This document shows, one piece after another, positions 8,062-17,746 of a DNA stretch of 64,000 nucleotides. The stretch is taken from the IMG/VR virus record IMGVR_UViG_3300029554_000010, positions 8,938 to 72,937 of that record; one strand, written 5' to 3'. Origin of the DNA: a virus. Under the pieces are notes generated by a model. It did no database searches. It saw nothing but the letters and a program-made list of their open reading frames with translations, and was not told where the DNA came from. A program made the translations under genes and the position numbers. How positions within the stretch are numbered: position 1 is the first letter of the stretch; every line of letters starts with the position of its first letter.

Positions 8062-10034
8062 AAACAGTAGAATTGAAACAGCTTAACATTGAAAACTACA
8101 AGAAGTTTGAGTCTGCGGAGTATCAGTTTGCACCACGAACGATGGTGTCCGGTAGGAACCGTCAGGGTAAAACAACGTTGATGGACGCATATTTTGATAC
8201 ACTGACCGGAAAGCTTGCAGACGGTACATCTCCGAATAATGTCAGAAGAAAAGAAGACGGAGAAGAAGTTGAGGGTGTCGTATCAAGAGAACTCACACTT
8301 CTGATTGATGGAGAGGAAACCGTGATCCGTAAGGAAACGAAGAAAGGTAAATCTTCCAGTACCACAAAATATCAGGTTGATGGGTTTGATTACAACCAGA
8401 CGAAGTATAAGGAATTTTTAAAAGGAATATCAGACTCAGAAACCATTATGATGTGTAGTAATGCCAGAGTATTCCTTAATGAACTTCGAAAATCAACAGC
8501 AAGTGCCAGAGTAATGCTTGAAAAGATGGCAGGGTTCAATGCGGATAAAGTATTACAGGACAATCCAGAAGTTTCGGAAATCATCAAGAATCATTCTGTC
8601 GAGGAAGTTGTGAAAAAACTCAATAGAGACAAAAAAGACTTCCAGAAGAAAATTGATGCCAAAAAGGTTGAAATTGATACCGTAAAGAAACAGGGAACAC
8701 CAGATTTTACCATTCTTGAAGAAAAGAAGAATGCCGTGCTGGATAAACTGAATGGTCTTCTTGAAAAAGAAAAGCTGCTAAATGAAACCAATAAAGCATA
8801 TGACGAGCTCTGCTACGAGATTACAGGTCTCAAGAAATCCAGAGATGCGATCATTTCAAATGCAGCAGAAGCATTACAGGAAGAAAAGAGAAAAATCGTT
8901 TCCTTATTAAGTGACAGGCGATTCAAGCAGAAACATGAAGAAGAAAATCTCCGAATTCTGGGAAATTTCCTTGCGACCGCTGAGAAACCAGAACGAATTC
9001 AGCAGAGAATTACGGTTTTGCAGGAGAAATATAAACAGACGTATGCGTCCACATTTGATGAAACAGCTTTAAATGCAATACAGAATGAAAAATTTGATCC
9101 TGAATCAGCTATTTGCCCGACCTGCGGACAGGCACTTCCGGAGGAACAGGTTGAACGTCTTAAAACTGAATTTGAACAGAAGAAACAGGAAAGAATCCAT
9201 GCAGAGTTTGCGAAAAAAGAGCAGTTTAAAGCAGACAAACAGCAGAAACTTAAAGACATTACAGAAGAAGGCAATTCCGAAGTAGCCAGAAGAAAAGAAG
9301 TTGAGGAAAAGCGCAAAGACATCGAATCGCAGATTGAGCAGACAAAGAAAAATATTTCCACTCTGGCATCTGAGATTGCGCAGAAAAATCAGGAATTAGA
9401 GAAGCTTCCGGCAGAGCCAGATATGTCTGGAAATGAAGAGTATCAGGCAGTTGTAGCAGAAATCCAGAAGAAACAGGAACAGCTTGACGGACTGACTAAT
9501 AATTCTGAGGAAAATGCAGCAGTTCAGGCAGAAAGAATGTCTGCTGAAAAGGAACTTACAGGAATCGAAATAAAAATTGAGATGGCAAAACAGGCAGTTC
9601 AGAAACAGACAGAAACACTTGAACAGCTGAACACAGAACAGAAAGAGTTAGGTCAGGAAGATTCCGATATTCAGCAGAAACTTGACATGTTGAAAGAATT
9701 TTCCATCAAAAAAAATCAGGCACTGGCAGAAGCTATCAATCCACTTTTCAAGCATTTTCAGTTTCAGTTTTTGGACTATACGCAGGACGGTGAACCGGTG
9801 GAAGTTTGCAAGATGATTTGTGACGGAATCGGATATTTTGATGGATTGAATCACTCTGATCAGATTCTATGCAATATTGACCTCGTGACTGGATTGCAGG
9901 AGCTGAACGGACTGAATCTTCCAATTTGGGTTGACGATGCGGAATCCGTGAATGAAGAACGATTCCCAAAGATGGAACAGCAGGTTATTTACTTGAAAGT
10001 ATCTGACAATGAGTTGACAGTGGGGGGATTTTAA
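8058..10034 (+). CDS. SbcC/Rad50/RecN-like ATPase with a long coiled coil and CxxC hook
   Basis: N-terminal Walker A GRNRQGKTT; extensive E/K/Q-rich coiled coil; CPTCGQALPEEQ zinc-hook-like motif; C-terminal Walker B-like IWVDDAES. Confidence 0.75.
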   Translation: MKTVELKQLNIENYKKFESAEYQFAPRTMVSGRNRQGKTTLMDAYFDTLTGKLADGTSPNNVRRKEDGEEVEGVVSRELTLLIDGEETVIRKETKKGKSSSTTKYQVDGFDYNQTKYKEFLKGISDSETIMMCSNARVFLNELRKSTASARVMLEKMAGFNADKVLQDNPEVSEIIKNHSVEEVVKKLNRDKKDFQKKIDAKKVEIDTVKKQGTPDFTILEEKKNAVLDKLNGLLEKEKLLNETNKAYDELCYEITGLKKSRDAIISNAAEALQEEKRKIVSLLSDRRFKQKHEEENLRILGNFLATAEKPERIQQRITVLQEKYKQTYASTFDETALNAIQNEKFDPESAICPTCGQALPEEQVERLKTEFEQKKQERIHAEFAKKEQFKADKQQKLKDITEEGNSEVARRKEVEEKRKDIESQIEQTKKNISTLASEIAQKNQELEKLPAEPDMSGNEEYQAVVAEIQKKQEQLDGLTNNSEENAAVQAERMSAEKELTGIEIKIEMAKQAVQKQTETLEQLNTEQKELGQEDSDIQQKLDMLKEFSIKKNQALAEAINPLFKHFQFQFLDYTQDGEPVEVCKMICDGIGYFDGLNHSDQILCNIDLVTGLQELNGLNLPIWVDDAESVNEERFPKMEQQVIYLKVSDNELTVGGF

Positions 10035-10035
10035 C

Positions 10036-10266
10036 ATGACATACAATATTCCAGAAGCTATCAAGGCACAGGAAAAGTTCTGTGATAAGAACGAATATCC
10101 GTGTTTTGCACCGGATGATGGTATCTGTTGGGATTGCCACCAGAACATCTATTCCGAAAATGGAATAACCAGATACGGTAGAAAAACACATGGTATTTCG
10201 GCGGAAAGTGCCGGAAATCATCTGATTACAGGATGCCCGTTTTGCAGTAGAAGCTATTGTGATTAA
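10036..10266 (+). CDS. small Cys-rich protein (CxxC, CWDCH and CPFC motifs)
   Basis: multiple Cys pairs in 76 aa; translationally coupled to the ATPase gene. Confidence 0.45.
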   Translation: MTYNIPEAIKAQEKFCDKNEYPCFAPDDGICWDCHQNIYSENGITRYGRKTHGISAESAGNHLITGCPFCSRSYCD

Positions 10267-10617
10267 TTGATAAAAGTGAACTGCAATAGATTGGCTGGGC
10301 GGTGAAGCGTAGCGCGGCGCAGGGCAATGGAAGAGCAGAGAACAGAATTGCTATGGAACTGTTTAGAAGAGCCGAGAACAGCGAAGGAATAGTACAGATG
10401 TGAGTAGCAAAGAAACGCGGGGGAAATGAAATGCAGTGAGAGGCCCGGTAAGGCGAAGCATTGGAAAAGCATTGGAAAGCAGAGCATTGGAAGAGCTGGG
10501 ATAAGTGAAGTGATGGAGAAGTGCTGACAGGCAACGTAGAGCATAGGCAAAGTGGAGTGGCGAGAGGTCATGCAGTCTGATGTAAAACAATAATTCATAA
10601 AAAGGAGAAAAATTGAG
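10267..10617 (+). repeat. purine-rich (G+A) non-coding spacer with internal short repeats (GCATTGGAA x3, GGCGAAGC)
   Basis: about 350 bp with almost no pyrimidine runs on the plus strand; no plausible ORF; words GCGAAGCGTAG, CAGAATTGCT and ATAGGCAAAG recur at 11215-11340. Confidence 0.5.
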
Positions 10618-11214
10618 ATGAAAGAAATGAGAGTTAGATTAACATTTTTAGAGGAAGTTCTGGGAACCGCAAATGCAGAAAAAGATATTCACGAGAAATT
10701 CATTGCATCAAAAGCACCAGATGCACCTTCCAGAGAACAGGAAGTTGAAGCTTTAGGAATTGAAGAAGTTGTCGAAAAAGGTCGAACAGTATTTCCGAAA
10801 GATGATAACGGCAATCCGTTCCTTTGGGACTACCAGATCAGAGGATTCTTTAAGTCAGCTGCACAGGCCAGTTCCTATATCGGTGGAGCAAAGAAACTTG
10901 CAGCTTATAAGAAAAAAATTGACTTACTGGTATTTGTAAACGAACGCAAAATTCCGTTTGTTCTTCCAGAAGGTACAGAACTTTCTGATTGTCAGAGACC
11001 ACTGAGAGCGCAGACAGCACAGGGCGAAAGAATTTCTTTGGCAGACAGCGAAACTGTGCCGGCAGGATCAACAGTGGAATTTACAGTCAAGGTACTTGAT
11101 GATTCACTTATGAAGTATGTAATTGACTGGCTTGATTATGGAGAGTTTAACGGCATTGGTCAGTGGCGAAACTCAGGCAAAGGCCGTTTCAAATGGACTG
11201 AAATCACAAAATAA
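10618..11214 (+). CDS. hypothetical protein in the recombination module
   Basis: 198 aa ORF with strong RBS AAAGGAGAAAAATTGAG; no family recognised. Confidence 0.55.
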   Translation: MKEMRVRLTFLEEVLGTANAEKDIHEKFIASKAPDAPSREQEVEALGIEEVVEKGRTVFPKDDNGNPFLWDYQIRGFFKSAAQASSYIGGAKKLAAYKKKIDLLVFVNERKIPFVLPEGTELSDCQRPLRAQTAQGERISLADSETVPAGSTVEFTVKVLDDSLMKYVIDWLDYGEFNGIGQWRNSGKGRFKWTEITK

Positions 11215-11357
11215 GCTACGGCATGGCTGAATGTAGTTATGATAGGCAAAGCAAAGGCGCAGAATTGCTGGGTAATGATTTGCTTCGGCGAAGCGTAGAA
11301 CTGAACAGAAATGCAAACAAAAAATAAGTTAATTAATATAAGAAAAGGAGAATTAAA

Positions 11358-12290
11358 ATGGCAAGCAAAACGCAGGTAACAACAGTAGGAGAACAGCAGG
11401 CAGCAGTTGTGATTAACAATCAGTTTATTGACGGATTGACAAAACAGCTTGAAGAAAAATGTAAATATGGTCTTTCTTTTCCAAAAGACTACAATCTCAG
11501 CAATGCACTTATGGGGGCATATCTGGTTCTCAAGGAAACGAAAGACAGGAATAACAAACCAATTCTGGAATCTTGTAGTCAGATTAGCATCGCAAATAGT
11601 CTTATGAACATGGCAACACTAGGGCTTTCAGTACAAAAAAAACAGGGGTATTTCATCGCTTACAGCGGTCAATGCCAGTTCCAGAGATCATATTTCGGAA
11701 ATATGACGATTGCCAGAAGATACGGAATGAAAGATATTCACGCAGAGATCATCTACCAAGGAGATAAATTTAAATATCATATTGAAGACGGAAATAAGGT
11801 TCTGGATTCTCACGAACAGGATTTCATGAACATTGATAATGAAAAAATCCTTGGCGCATACGCAGTTGTGCTGATGGAAGATGGGGCGAAGCATTTGGAA
11901 GTAATGAACATCAAACAGATTAAGCAAGCTTGGTCACAGGGCTTCGGATACAAGGAAAATGGAAATGGCACACACCAGAAATTCACTGATCAGATGGCAA
12001 AGAAAACCGTTATCAATCGCGCCTTAAAGCAGATCATCAACACTCATGGTGATGCTTTCGTACAGGAAGCGGACGATGATACAGAAACAGTTTCAAGAGA
12101 TGACGCTTTTGCAGCTGATGTTGCATATGAAATCGAACAGCACGCCAACAAAGAGGAATTTGTGCCAGTAATCGAGGAACAGCCTAAACAGCCGACAGTT
12201 GCAGAAGCCGTAAAAACTGCCGAGAAAGAGCCAGCTCCGGCAGCAGTTGTCGAGCCAGAGATTCCGGATTTTATGAAACAGGAGGAATAA
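11358..12290 (+). CDS. recT: RecT-family single-strand annealing recombinase
   Basis: characteristic RecT core (GLSFPKDYNLSNALMGAY..., QGYFIAYSGQCQFQRSYFGNMTIARRYG) and an acidic C-terminal tail. Confidence 0.8.
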   Translation: MASKTQVTTVGEQQAAVVINNQFIDGLTKQLEEKCKYGLSFPKDYNLSNALMGAYLVLKETKDRNNKPILESCSQISIANSLMNMATLGLSVQKKQGYFIAYSGQCQFQRSYFGNMTIARRYGMKDIHAEIIYQGDKFKYHIEDGNKVLDSHEQDFMNIDNEKILGAYAVVLMEDGAKHLEVMNIKQIKQAWSQGFGYKENGNGTHQKFTDQMAKKTVINRALKQIINTHGDAFVQEADDDTETVSRDDAFAADVAYEIEQHANKEEFVPVIEEQPKQPTVAEAVKTAEKEPAPAAVVEPEIPDFMKQEE

Positions 12291-12302
12291 CGAGGTGATA
12301 GC

Positions 12303-12695
12303 ATGATCGGGACGTTAGAAGAAGTCATGAAGGATATGAAATATGGCGTACTTGATTTCACAAAGGACGGTAAATGCAGTGGTTGTGGACAATGTTGTAG
12401 CAACTACTTGCCAATATCCAGTAAAGAAATTAAACGTTACGTAAAGAAGCATCATATCACTGAACAGAAGCATAATTATCCTTCAGTTGTGGCATTTGAC
12501 CTTACTTGCCCGTTCCTGGATGATTCCAAGGCAAAAGAAAAATGTCTTATATATCAAGTGAGACCTGAGATATGCAGAGATTTTGTCTGCAACAATCAGA
12601 ACGGGGCAATCAAAAACAAGAAACTTATGCATAAGAAGTACGCAGCAGTAGATATGCGAGAAATATTTTTTGGAGGCAACGGGAATGAACAATAA
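12303..12695 (+). CDS. YkgJ-like zinc/iron-chelating domain protein (CxxCxxCC)
   Basis: motif CSGCGQCCSNYLP plus downstream CPF...C. Confidence 0.5.
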   Translation: MIGTLEEVMKDMKYGVLDFTKDGKCSGCGQCCSNYLPISSKEIKRYVKKHHITEQKHNYPSVVAFDLTCPFLDDSKAKEKCLIYQVRPEICRDFVCNNQNGAIKNKKLMHKKYAAVDMREIFFGGNGNEQ

Positions 12696-13290
12696 AGAAA
12701 TTTTACAGAAAGCAAAGGAACTGGTTGAACTTCTGGAAAAGCAGGAAGAAGCTGGCAAGGTTGAGTTGTCAATGCTGAAACGAGGAGATGTGTTCCAGAC
12801 CACTGGGAAGCGTAAATACAAGGTTCTGGAACAGTATGGAGATACAACGAAAAATATTTCGCTTGATCTGGTGAAAGAAAATGTAGAGTTTGGTGATACC
12901 TCAGATTACAAAACATCAAAGGTAAAGAAACTGTGTGACATTGAAATTCTGAAGGACTTCGAAAAAGAATTCGGGGCAGAAAATATCGAAACACACACAG
13001 CAGATATTATCACTGCGGATGGACAGAAATTGGGGACTGTTGATTGTAAAATTCGACCGATTACGTTTGATGAAGCACGAGAATACACAGATATTACACC
13101 GAACAATGACCTGAACGACTGGTATTGGACATTATCGCCATGGTCAACAAAAGAACGTGGATGGAAGAAAGCCTTGGTCGTTGTTTCCCCTTCGGGCTGT
13201 ATCGTCAGCAACCATTGCAACTACGGATTTGGTGTTCGCCCAGTTTGTATCTTAAAATCTAATATCTTTGTATCTAAGGTGGAGGAATGA
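12685..13290 (+). CDS. hypothetical protein, paralog 1 (C-terminal WYWTLSPWS...VVSPSG...GVRPV motif)
   Basis: C-terminal 60 aa closely match the next ORF; RBS GGAGG before ATG 12685. Confidence 0.55.
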   Translation: MNNKEILQKAKELVELLEKQEEAGKVELSMLKRGDVFQTTGKRKYKVLEQYGDTTKNISLDLVKENVEFGDTSDYKTSKVKKLCDIEILKDFEKEFGAENIETHTADIITADGQKLGTVDCKIRPITFDEAREYTDITPNNDLNDWYWTLSPWSTKERGWKKALVVVSPSGCIVSNHCNYGFGVRPVCILKSNIFVSKVEE

Positions 13291-13892
13291 TTATGAAGAA
13301 AAATCTGAAATATTTTGAGGATGAATTATCCAGATTAAGTAAAGAGTTCGCAGAATTCAAGAAAAAGCACATCGGAAAGCCGGAAATCGGAAAAGCTATT
13401 GAACTTGCTGGTATGGAATGGCTGATTCTGGATAAGACAGAAAAAGGATATTTTGCCATTTTGAATGGATTTGATGGAAAAGAAAGAACATTTGATTCAG
13501 CTTCAAATAACTGGATTTCAAGTAAACTGAGAAATGAGTTAAACACTCGTTTTCTTAAAAAAATTACGGACGAGCTTGGAGAAGATGCAGTTATTGAGTT
13601 TGATCGAGATTTACTTTCTATGGACGGACAGACAGAATATGGACATTGTAAAGATAGGATTTCACTTTTGACTGTGGATGAGTACCGAAAATATCGTAAA
13701 TTACTGCCGAACATGCCGAAATGGTGGTGGCTGATTACGCCATGGAGCACACCAGTAAATGATTACAATTCAACGCTTGCCGTTGTTTCGCCTTCTGGCT
13801 TTGTCCTCAACTATGACTACGACTTCAGTCTCGGTGTTCGCCCGGTTTGTATCTATTCTTCTTCAATCTTTGAATCAGGAAATGATGATTGA
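13287..13892 (+). CDS. hypothetical protein, paralog 2 (C-terminal WWWLITPWS...VVSPSG...GVRPV motif)
   Basis: tandem paralog of the previous ORF; overlapping start and stop. Confidence 0.55.
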   Translation: MIMKKNLKYFEDELSRLSKEFAEFKKKHIGKPEIGKAIELAGMEWLILDKTEKGYFAILNGFDGKERTFDSASNNWISSKLRNELNTRFLKKITDELGEDAVIEFDRDLLSMDGQTEYGHCKDRISLLTVDEYRKYRKLLPNMPKWWWLITPWSTPVNDYNSTLAVVSPSGFVLNYDYDFSLGVRPVCIYSSSIFESGNDD

Positions 13893-13954
13893 TGGCAAAT
13901 GAAGATTTAAAGGTAATTCCATAGTCTGGATTTGTATATTGAAAGGAGAATGAA

Positions 13955-14308
13955 GTGAGATTAGTAAGTCAGAATGGGGAATTTGATGTCCCTTATGAAA
14001 TCGCAGCATTAAGCAGAACTGGAAATATCATAAGAGCATATGTGCCGATAGTTGGTGAGAAAGGAATAATTATGGCTCAGTATTTAACAGAAGAAAAAGC
14101 CATAAAAGCTATGGAAATGTTGCACAACACATATACAGGAGCATTCTTCGCACAGAATATAGAAGTTCCAGAAGATATCGAAAAGAAATTTATGAATATG
14201 GCAGCAACAAAAGGTTTTGGAATTATTAAAACTGCTATTGATAGTTCTGATATAAAATTCGAACCGGCAAACATTGTGTTTAGATTCCCGGAGGATGATG
14301 AAGTATGA
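13955..14308 (+). CDS. hypothetical protein
   Basis: RBS GAAAGGAG; 117 aa. Confidence 0.45.
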   Translation: MRLVSQNGEFDVPYEIAALSRTGNIIRAYVPIVGEKGIIMAQYLTEEKAIKAMEMLHNTYTGAFFAQNIEVPEDIEKKFMNMAATKGFGIIKTAIDSSDIKFEPANIVFRFPEDDEV

Positions 14309-14508
14309 AGAGAGTAGACAGCAAAAAGGACTGGGAACAGATAATAACCATTGAACTTACGTTGAGGGAACTCAAATTAATACGAGACAGCATGTGCAAA
14401 GTAAGCTATGCGGAGTTAGAGAGTCTAAATAGAGGGAAGGACATACCATATGCCTATTCCGATTTAGAAAAAGCCATAGATGAAGTTGAAAATATCTTAG
14501 AAGCATAA
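14305..14508 (+). CDS. hypothetical small protein
   Basis: start overlaps the upstream stop (ATGA). Confidence 0.4.
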   Translation: MKRVDSKKDWEQIITIELTLRELKLIRDSMCKVSYAELESLNRGKDIPYAYSDLEKAIDEVENILEA

Positions 14509-14545
14509 ATGCAATGTACAGAAAGCGAGGTGATGTCATTTGTTC

Positions 14546-15307
14546 ATGCGAGTAATTTCAACAGGAAGCACCAAAGGAAATTGTTACGCTTTGCAGTCAA
14601 GTACAGGCGAGATTGTTCTTCTTGACTGCGGATGCAACTACAAGAAAATCCTTAGAGGGATTGACTACCAGATAAGCAATGTTGAAGCTGTACTTCTTTC
14701 ACATGGGCACGGAGATCATACCGAAGCATTCAAAGAAATAATGGATGCAGGTATTCAGATTTACACCAATGACGAGACAGTTGAGGACATGAACATCCGA
14801 ACAGGCGAATTGATGAAAGGTGTTCCAGAAAGGCATCCATTTAGAGTTGGTTCGTTTAACGTGATTCCATTTGAATTGCCACATACAACATACGATAAGG
14901 AAGCAAATCAGCTTGTGCCTTGCTCGAACTACGGATATCTGGTGGAGCATAAGGAAATGGGGAAGCTTCTGTATATGACTGATTTTGAGTACAGTAAATA
15001 TAATTTCCAGAAAATGAGCATACATCATATGGTAATTGAATGCAACTACTGTGAAGAATTGGTGGACAGGTCAGAAGCCAACTACAGCCATAGATTGAAA
15101 GGGCATTGTTCTTTGCCAACTTGTAAGCGATTCATTAAGCAAAATCGCACAGAATCGCTTCGAACGGTAACACTTGTACATTTAAGCGGTCAGGCATCAG
15201 ATGCCCGTAAAATACAAAAAGAAATACAGGAAGTCGCAGGAGACAATGTTATGGTTCAGATTGGACGGGCTGGACTGGAAGTTAATTTGAATTTGTGCCC
15301 ATTTTGA
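14546..15307 (+). CDS. metallo-beta-lactamase-fold hydrolase
   Basis: motif LLSHGHGDH (HxHxDH) and downstream His; MBL proteins commonly accompany phage RecT modules. Confidence 0.7.
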   Translation: MRVISTGSTKGNCYALQSSTGEIVLLDCGCNYKKILRGIDYQISNVEAVLLSHGHGDHTEAFKEIMDAGIQIYTNDETVEDMNIRTGELMKGVPERHPFRVGSFNVIPFELPHTTYDKEANQLVPCSNYGYLVEHKEMGKLLYMTDFEYSKYNFQKMSIHHMVIECNYCEELVDRSEANYSHRLKGHCSLPTCKRFIKQNRTESLRTVTLVHLSGQASDARKIQKEIQEVAGDNVMVQIGRAGLEVNLNLCPF

Positions 15308-15318
15308 AAGGAGATAGG

Positions 15319-15588
15319 ATGATAAATTTAAAAAATTGGAAAGAGGTTACGAAAGGGCTTTACAGATATGTTGTTTCATCAAATGTTGCATACGAAATTC
15401 ACGTCAAATATTGGGACATGGACACAGACATTTTAAGTACGAATGCAAGTCTGTACATTGTTGGTGATTGGCGTTCGAGAGATGGAAAAAACACAAGAGA
15501 AAGAGAGTGCTTACTTGAATCTGCGCCTGTCATGGCTTGCTTAGCCAAAGCAGAAGAAGATAATATTGAAAATAATGTCGAATCTTAG
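15319..15588 (+). CDS. hypothetical protein
   Basis: RBS AAAGGAG before the ATG at 15319. Confidence 0.4.
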   Translation: MINLKNWKEVTKGLYRYVVSSNVAYEIHVKYWDMDTDILSTNASLYIVGDWRSRDGKNTRERECLLESAPVMACLAKAEEDNIENNVES

Positions 15589-15704
15589 AGGAGATAAGCC
15601 ATGAACGAATTAACTGATTGTAGCAAATGTAGATTCCGTAATTGCTGTACGTTAGCATGGGATTACGGTTCACTTTACTGTAACGATTATGAGGAGGAAG
15701 ATAC

Positions 15705-16079
15705 ATGGAACATTTCTTAGAATCACTTAAAAAATTAAAGAAGCCGTCAACTCACAGTAATCCAGAGAAAGTTGACCCATTGTTCTGTCGGTACAACAAG
15801 GGCTGGAATGATGCAATCGAAAAGGTTGAGAAACTGATTAATTCCTATAGCTTATCGGATATGTGGATTCCAGTAGACGTGAAACTGCCTCCGGAACCAA
15901 AACCTAATCATATTTTTAAAGGAGACATATATTTGATTGCTACCGAAAAAGGAACAATTCCATTCAGAGCAATGTGGAATGGAGAATATTTTACAGACGG
16001 TTTCGAAAAATTGAAAGTAATTGCATGGATGCCTTTGCCAGCTATGCCAGAACCGTACAAGGAGAACAAACATGAATAA
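15705..16079 (+). CDS. DUF551-like phage protein (C-terminal WMPLP..PEPYKE)
   Basis: the C-terminal motif IAWMPLPAMPEPYKE recurs in ORF 20613-20939. Confidence 0.5.
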   Translation: MEHFLESLKKLKKPSTHSNPEKVDPLFCRYNKGWNDAIEKVEKLINSYSLSDMWIPVDVKLPPEPKPNHIFKGDIYLIATEKGTIPFRAMWNGEYFTDGFEKLKVIAWMPLPAMPEPYKENKHE

Positions 16080-16494
16080 AGTAATTTTGATCGGACGTTT
16101 GGCAAAAGACCCAGACATCCGAATGGGAACAAACAATATAACAATTGCCAGATACACACTTGCAGTTGAGAGACAGTATCGCAAAAACAATGAACGCACA
16201 TCAGACTTCATAAATTGTGTTGCACTTGGAAAGAATGGTGAGTTTGCCGAAAAATATCTGTATAAAGGAATGAAGATTGCAGTTATCGGAACTTGGCAGA
16301 CTGGAAATTACACTGACAAGGACGGAAAGAAAGTATACACAAATGATTGCCTTGTGGAAACACATGAGTTTGCAGAAAGCAAGAAGAACCAGCCAGAAGA
16401 ACAGTCGCAACCACCAGTTCCAAGTCCAGAACAGGACACAAGTGGATTCATGGATATGCCGTCAATTATGGATGACGAACTTCCGTTTAATTAA
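16072..16494 (+). CDS. ssb: single-stranded DNA-binding protein
   Basis: canonical SSB N-terminus MNKVILIGRLAKDPD with an OB fold and the acidic tail DDELPF. Confidence 0.85.
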   Translation: MNKVILIGRLAKDPDIRMGTNNITIARYTLAVERQYRKNNERTSDFINCVALGKNGEFAEKYLYKGMKIAVIGTWQTGNYTDKDGKKVYTNDCLVETHEFAESKKNQPEEQSQPPVPSPEQDTSGFMDMPSIMDDELPFN

Positions 16495-16507
16495 GGAGTG
16501 ATGCTGG

Positions 16508-17086
16508 GTGGACTACAGAAAGGTTTTCGCCATAAAGCAAGAGCGAGAAAACAGAATACAAAAGATATGTCCAAACATTCCGAATTCTAGTGGCATATAT
16601 GCTTTTTACAGGGTGGATGAAACTGGGATTAGGCGCAGTTACGTGGGACAAGCACTCAGGCTTCGCGAGAGATGTGCGAGCCATTTAGGCGAATATGACC
16701 ACATAGCATTAAGCCTTAAAAAGCATAAGTTTTACAGCGAAAGCAATCCTACTGGTTGGAAACTTGCATACAGAACTTGCCCTAAAAGCGAGCTTGACCA
16801 AAAAGAAATTGAAACGATCAAGGCTTTTGCAGATAAAGGCTTCCAGATGTACAACATTACAGCTGGCGGACAATCAACCGGTAAGCAAGTAACAGGGCAG
16901 TACAAACCGCCTAAGACATACAGACAGGGTATACAGCAAGGCAAAATTACCCTTGCAAGAGAATTAAAACATATCATTGATACTCACTTAGATGTATCAA
17001 TCAAACCAGAGAAATCAAACAACAAGGTGTCTATAAAGGCACTTGAGAAATTCAATAATCTTCTTGATGAAGAATCTTACAAATGA
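16508..17086 (+). CDS. GIY-YIG nuclease domain protein, possibly a homing endonuclease
   Basis: SGIYAFYRV...YVGQA matches the GIY-YIG motif; GTG start. Confidence 0.65.
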   Translation: MDYRKVFAIKQERENRIQKICPNIPNSSGIYAFYRVDETGIRRSYVGQALRLRERCASHLGEYDHIALSLKKHKFYSESNPTGWKLAYRTCPKSELDQKEIETIKAFADKGFQMYNITAGGQSTGKQVTGQYKPPKTYRQGIQQGKITLARELKHIIDTHLDVSIKPEKSNNKVSIKALEKFNNLLDEESYK

Positions 17087-17228
17087 TAAAGCTGCCGGTT
17101 CTGGCAGACAAAATCCCAAATAATTACAACTAAATATGCGCACGCCCTCTGGGTTTGGACTGATTCATGCAACTTCCTTGGCATATGAGCGCGATCTGAA
17201 CCCAGAGGTTAAAAGAAATGAGGTAACT

Positions 17229-17498
17229 ATGGTAAGTAAATATAACACCGAAAGAAAGTATCTCGAGGGACAAGAGAACAGAAAAGAAATTTATCTGTTT
17301 CTTATCAGATATTTTACAAAATATGGATACGCACCGTCATTTAAAGAAATTTCCGAAAGCCTTGGCATATCAAAAGCGACTGTGCAACGACATATGAGGC
17401 AGCTCGAACTTGATGGCTTGATTGCTGCTGCGCATCCGAATACTCCGCGAGCGTTTCACCTTGTTGGATATGAATATCAAAAGGTGGCAGAACTATGA
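17229..17498 (+). CDS. LexA-N-terminal-like winged-helix DNA-binding protein
   Basis: YGYAPSFKEISESLGISKATVQRHMRQLELDGLI resembles the LexA DNA-binding domain; no peptidase domain. Confidence 0.5.
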   Translation: MVSKYNTERKYLEGQENRKEIYLFLIRYFTKYGYAPSFKEISESLGISKATVQRHMRQLELDGLIAAAHPNTPRAFHLVGYEYQKVAEL

Positions 17499-17746
17499 GA
17501 ATATACAGTGTTTTCGAGAATGAACAATGGATTGGCGATATGACCGCTGATGATATTTCACAAATGCTGAAATGCTCCAGACAAGAAGTTTTGAATGCGG
17601 TTTCATCTGCAAGACTGATTAACGAAAAATACGCAGTTGTCTATGATGGCGATAATACCGTGACCGGAAATACACCATTAGACAGAAAACTCTTGAAAGA
17701 ATTTGTCTTAATCACAAGCCAGCTGAAAGGATTGGTGAGAGCATGA
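17495..17746 (+). CDS. hypothetical protein
   Basis: coupled ORF, 83 aa. Confidence 0.4.
   Translation: MRIYSVFENEQWIGDMTADDISQMLKCSRQEVLNAVSSARLINEKYAVVYDGDNTVTGNTPLDRKLLKEFVLITSQLKGLVRA

Noticed and set aside
8162-9361. Reverse-strand ORFs (8162-8365, 8390-8587, 8591-8791, 8999-9361) inside the SbcC-like ATPase gene
   Set aside because: Low-complexity S/F/L-rich antisense translations of a purine-rich coiled-coil coding region; no RBS; fully overlapped by a strongly supported gene.
10226-10598. Three overlapping minus-strand ORFs across the purine-rich spacer
   Set aside because: Antisense of an almost pure G+A stretch, giving Ser/Leu/Phe/Cys-rich products; mutually overlapping; treated as non-coding.
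10267-10617. Possible CRISPR array, because of the repeated GCATTGGAA words
   Set aside because: The repeats are only 9-11 nt, irregularly spaced, without uniform spacers or a leader; not CRISPR-like.
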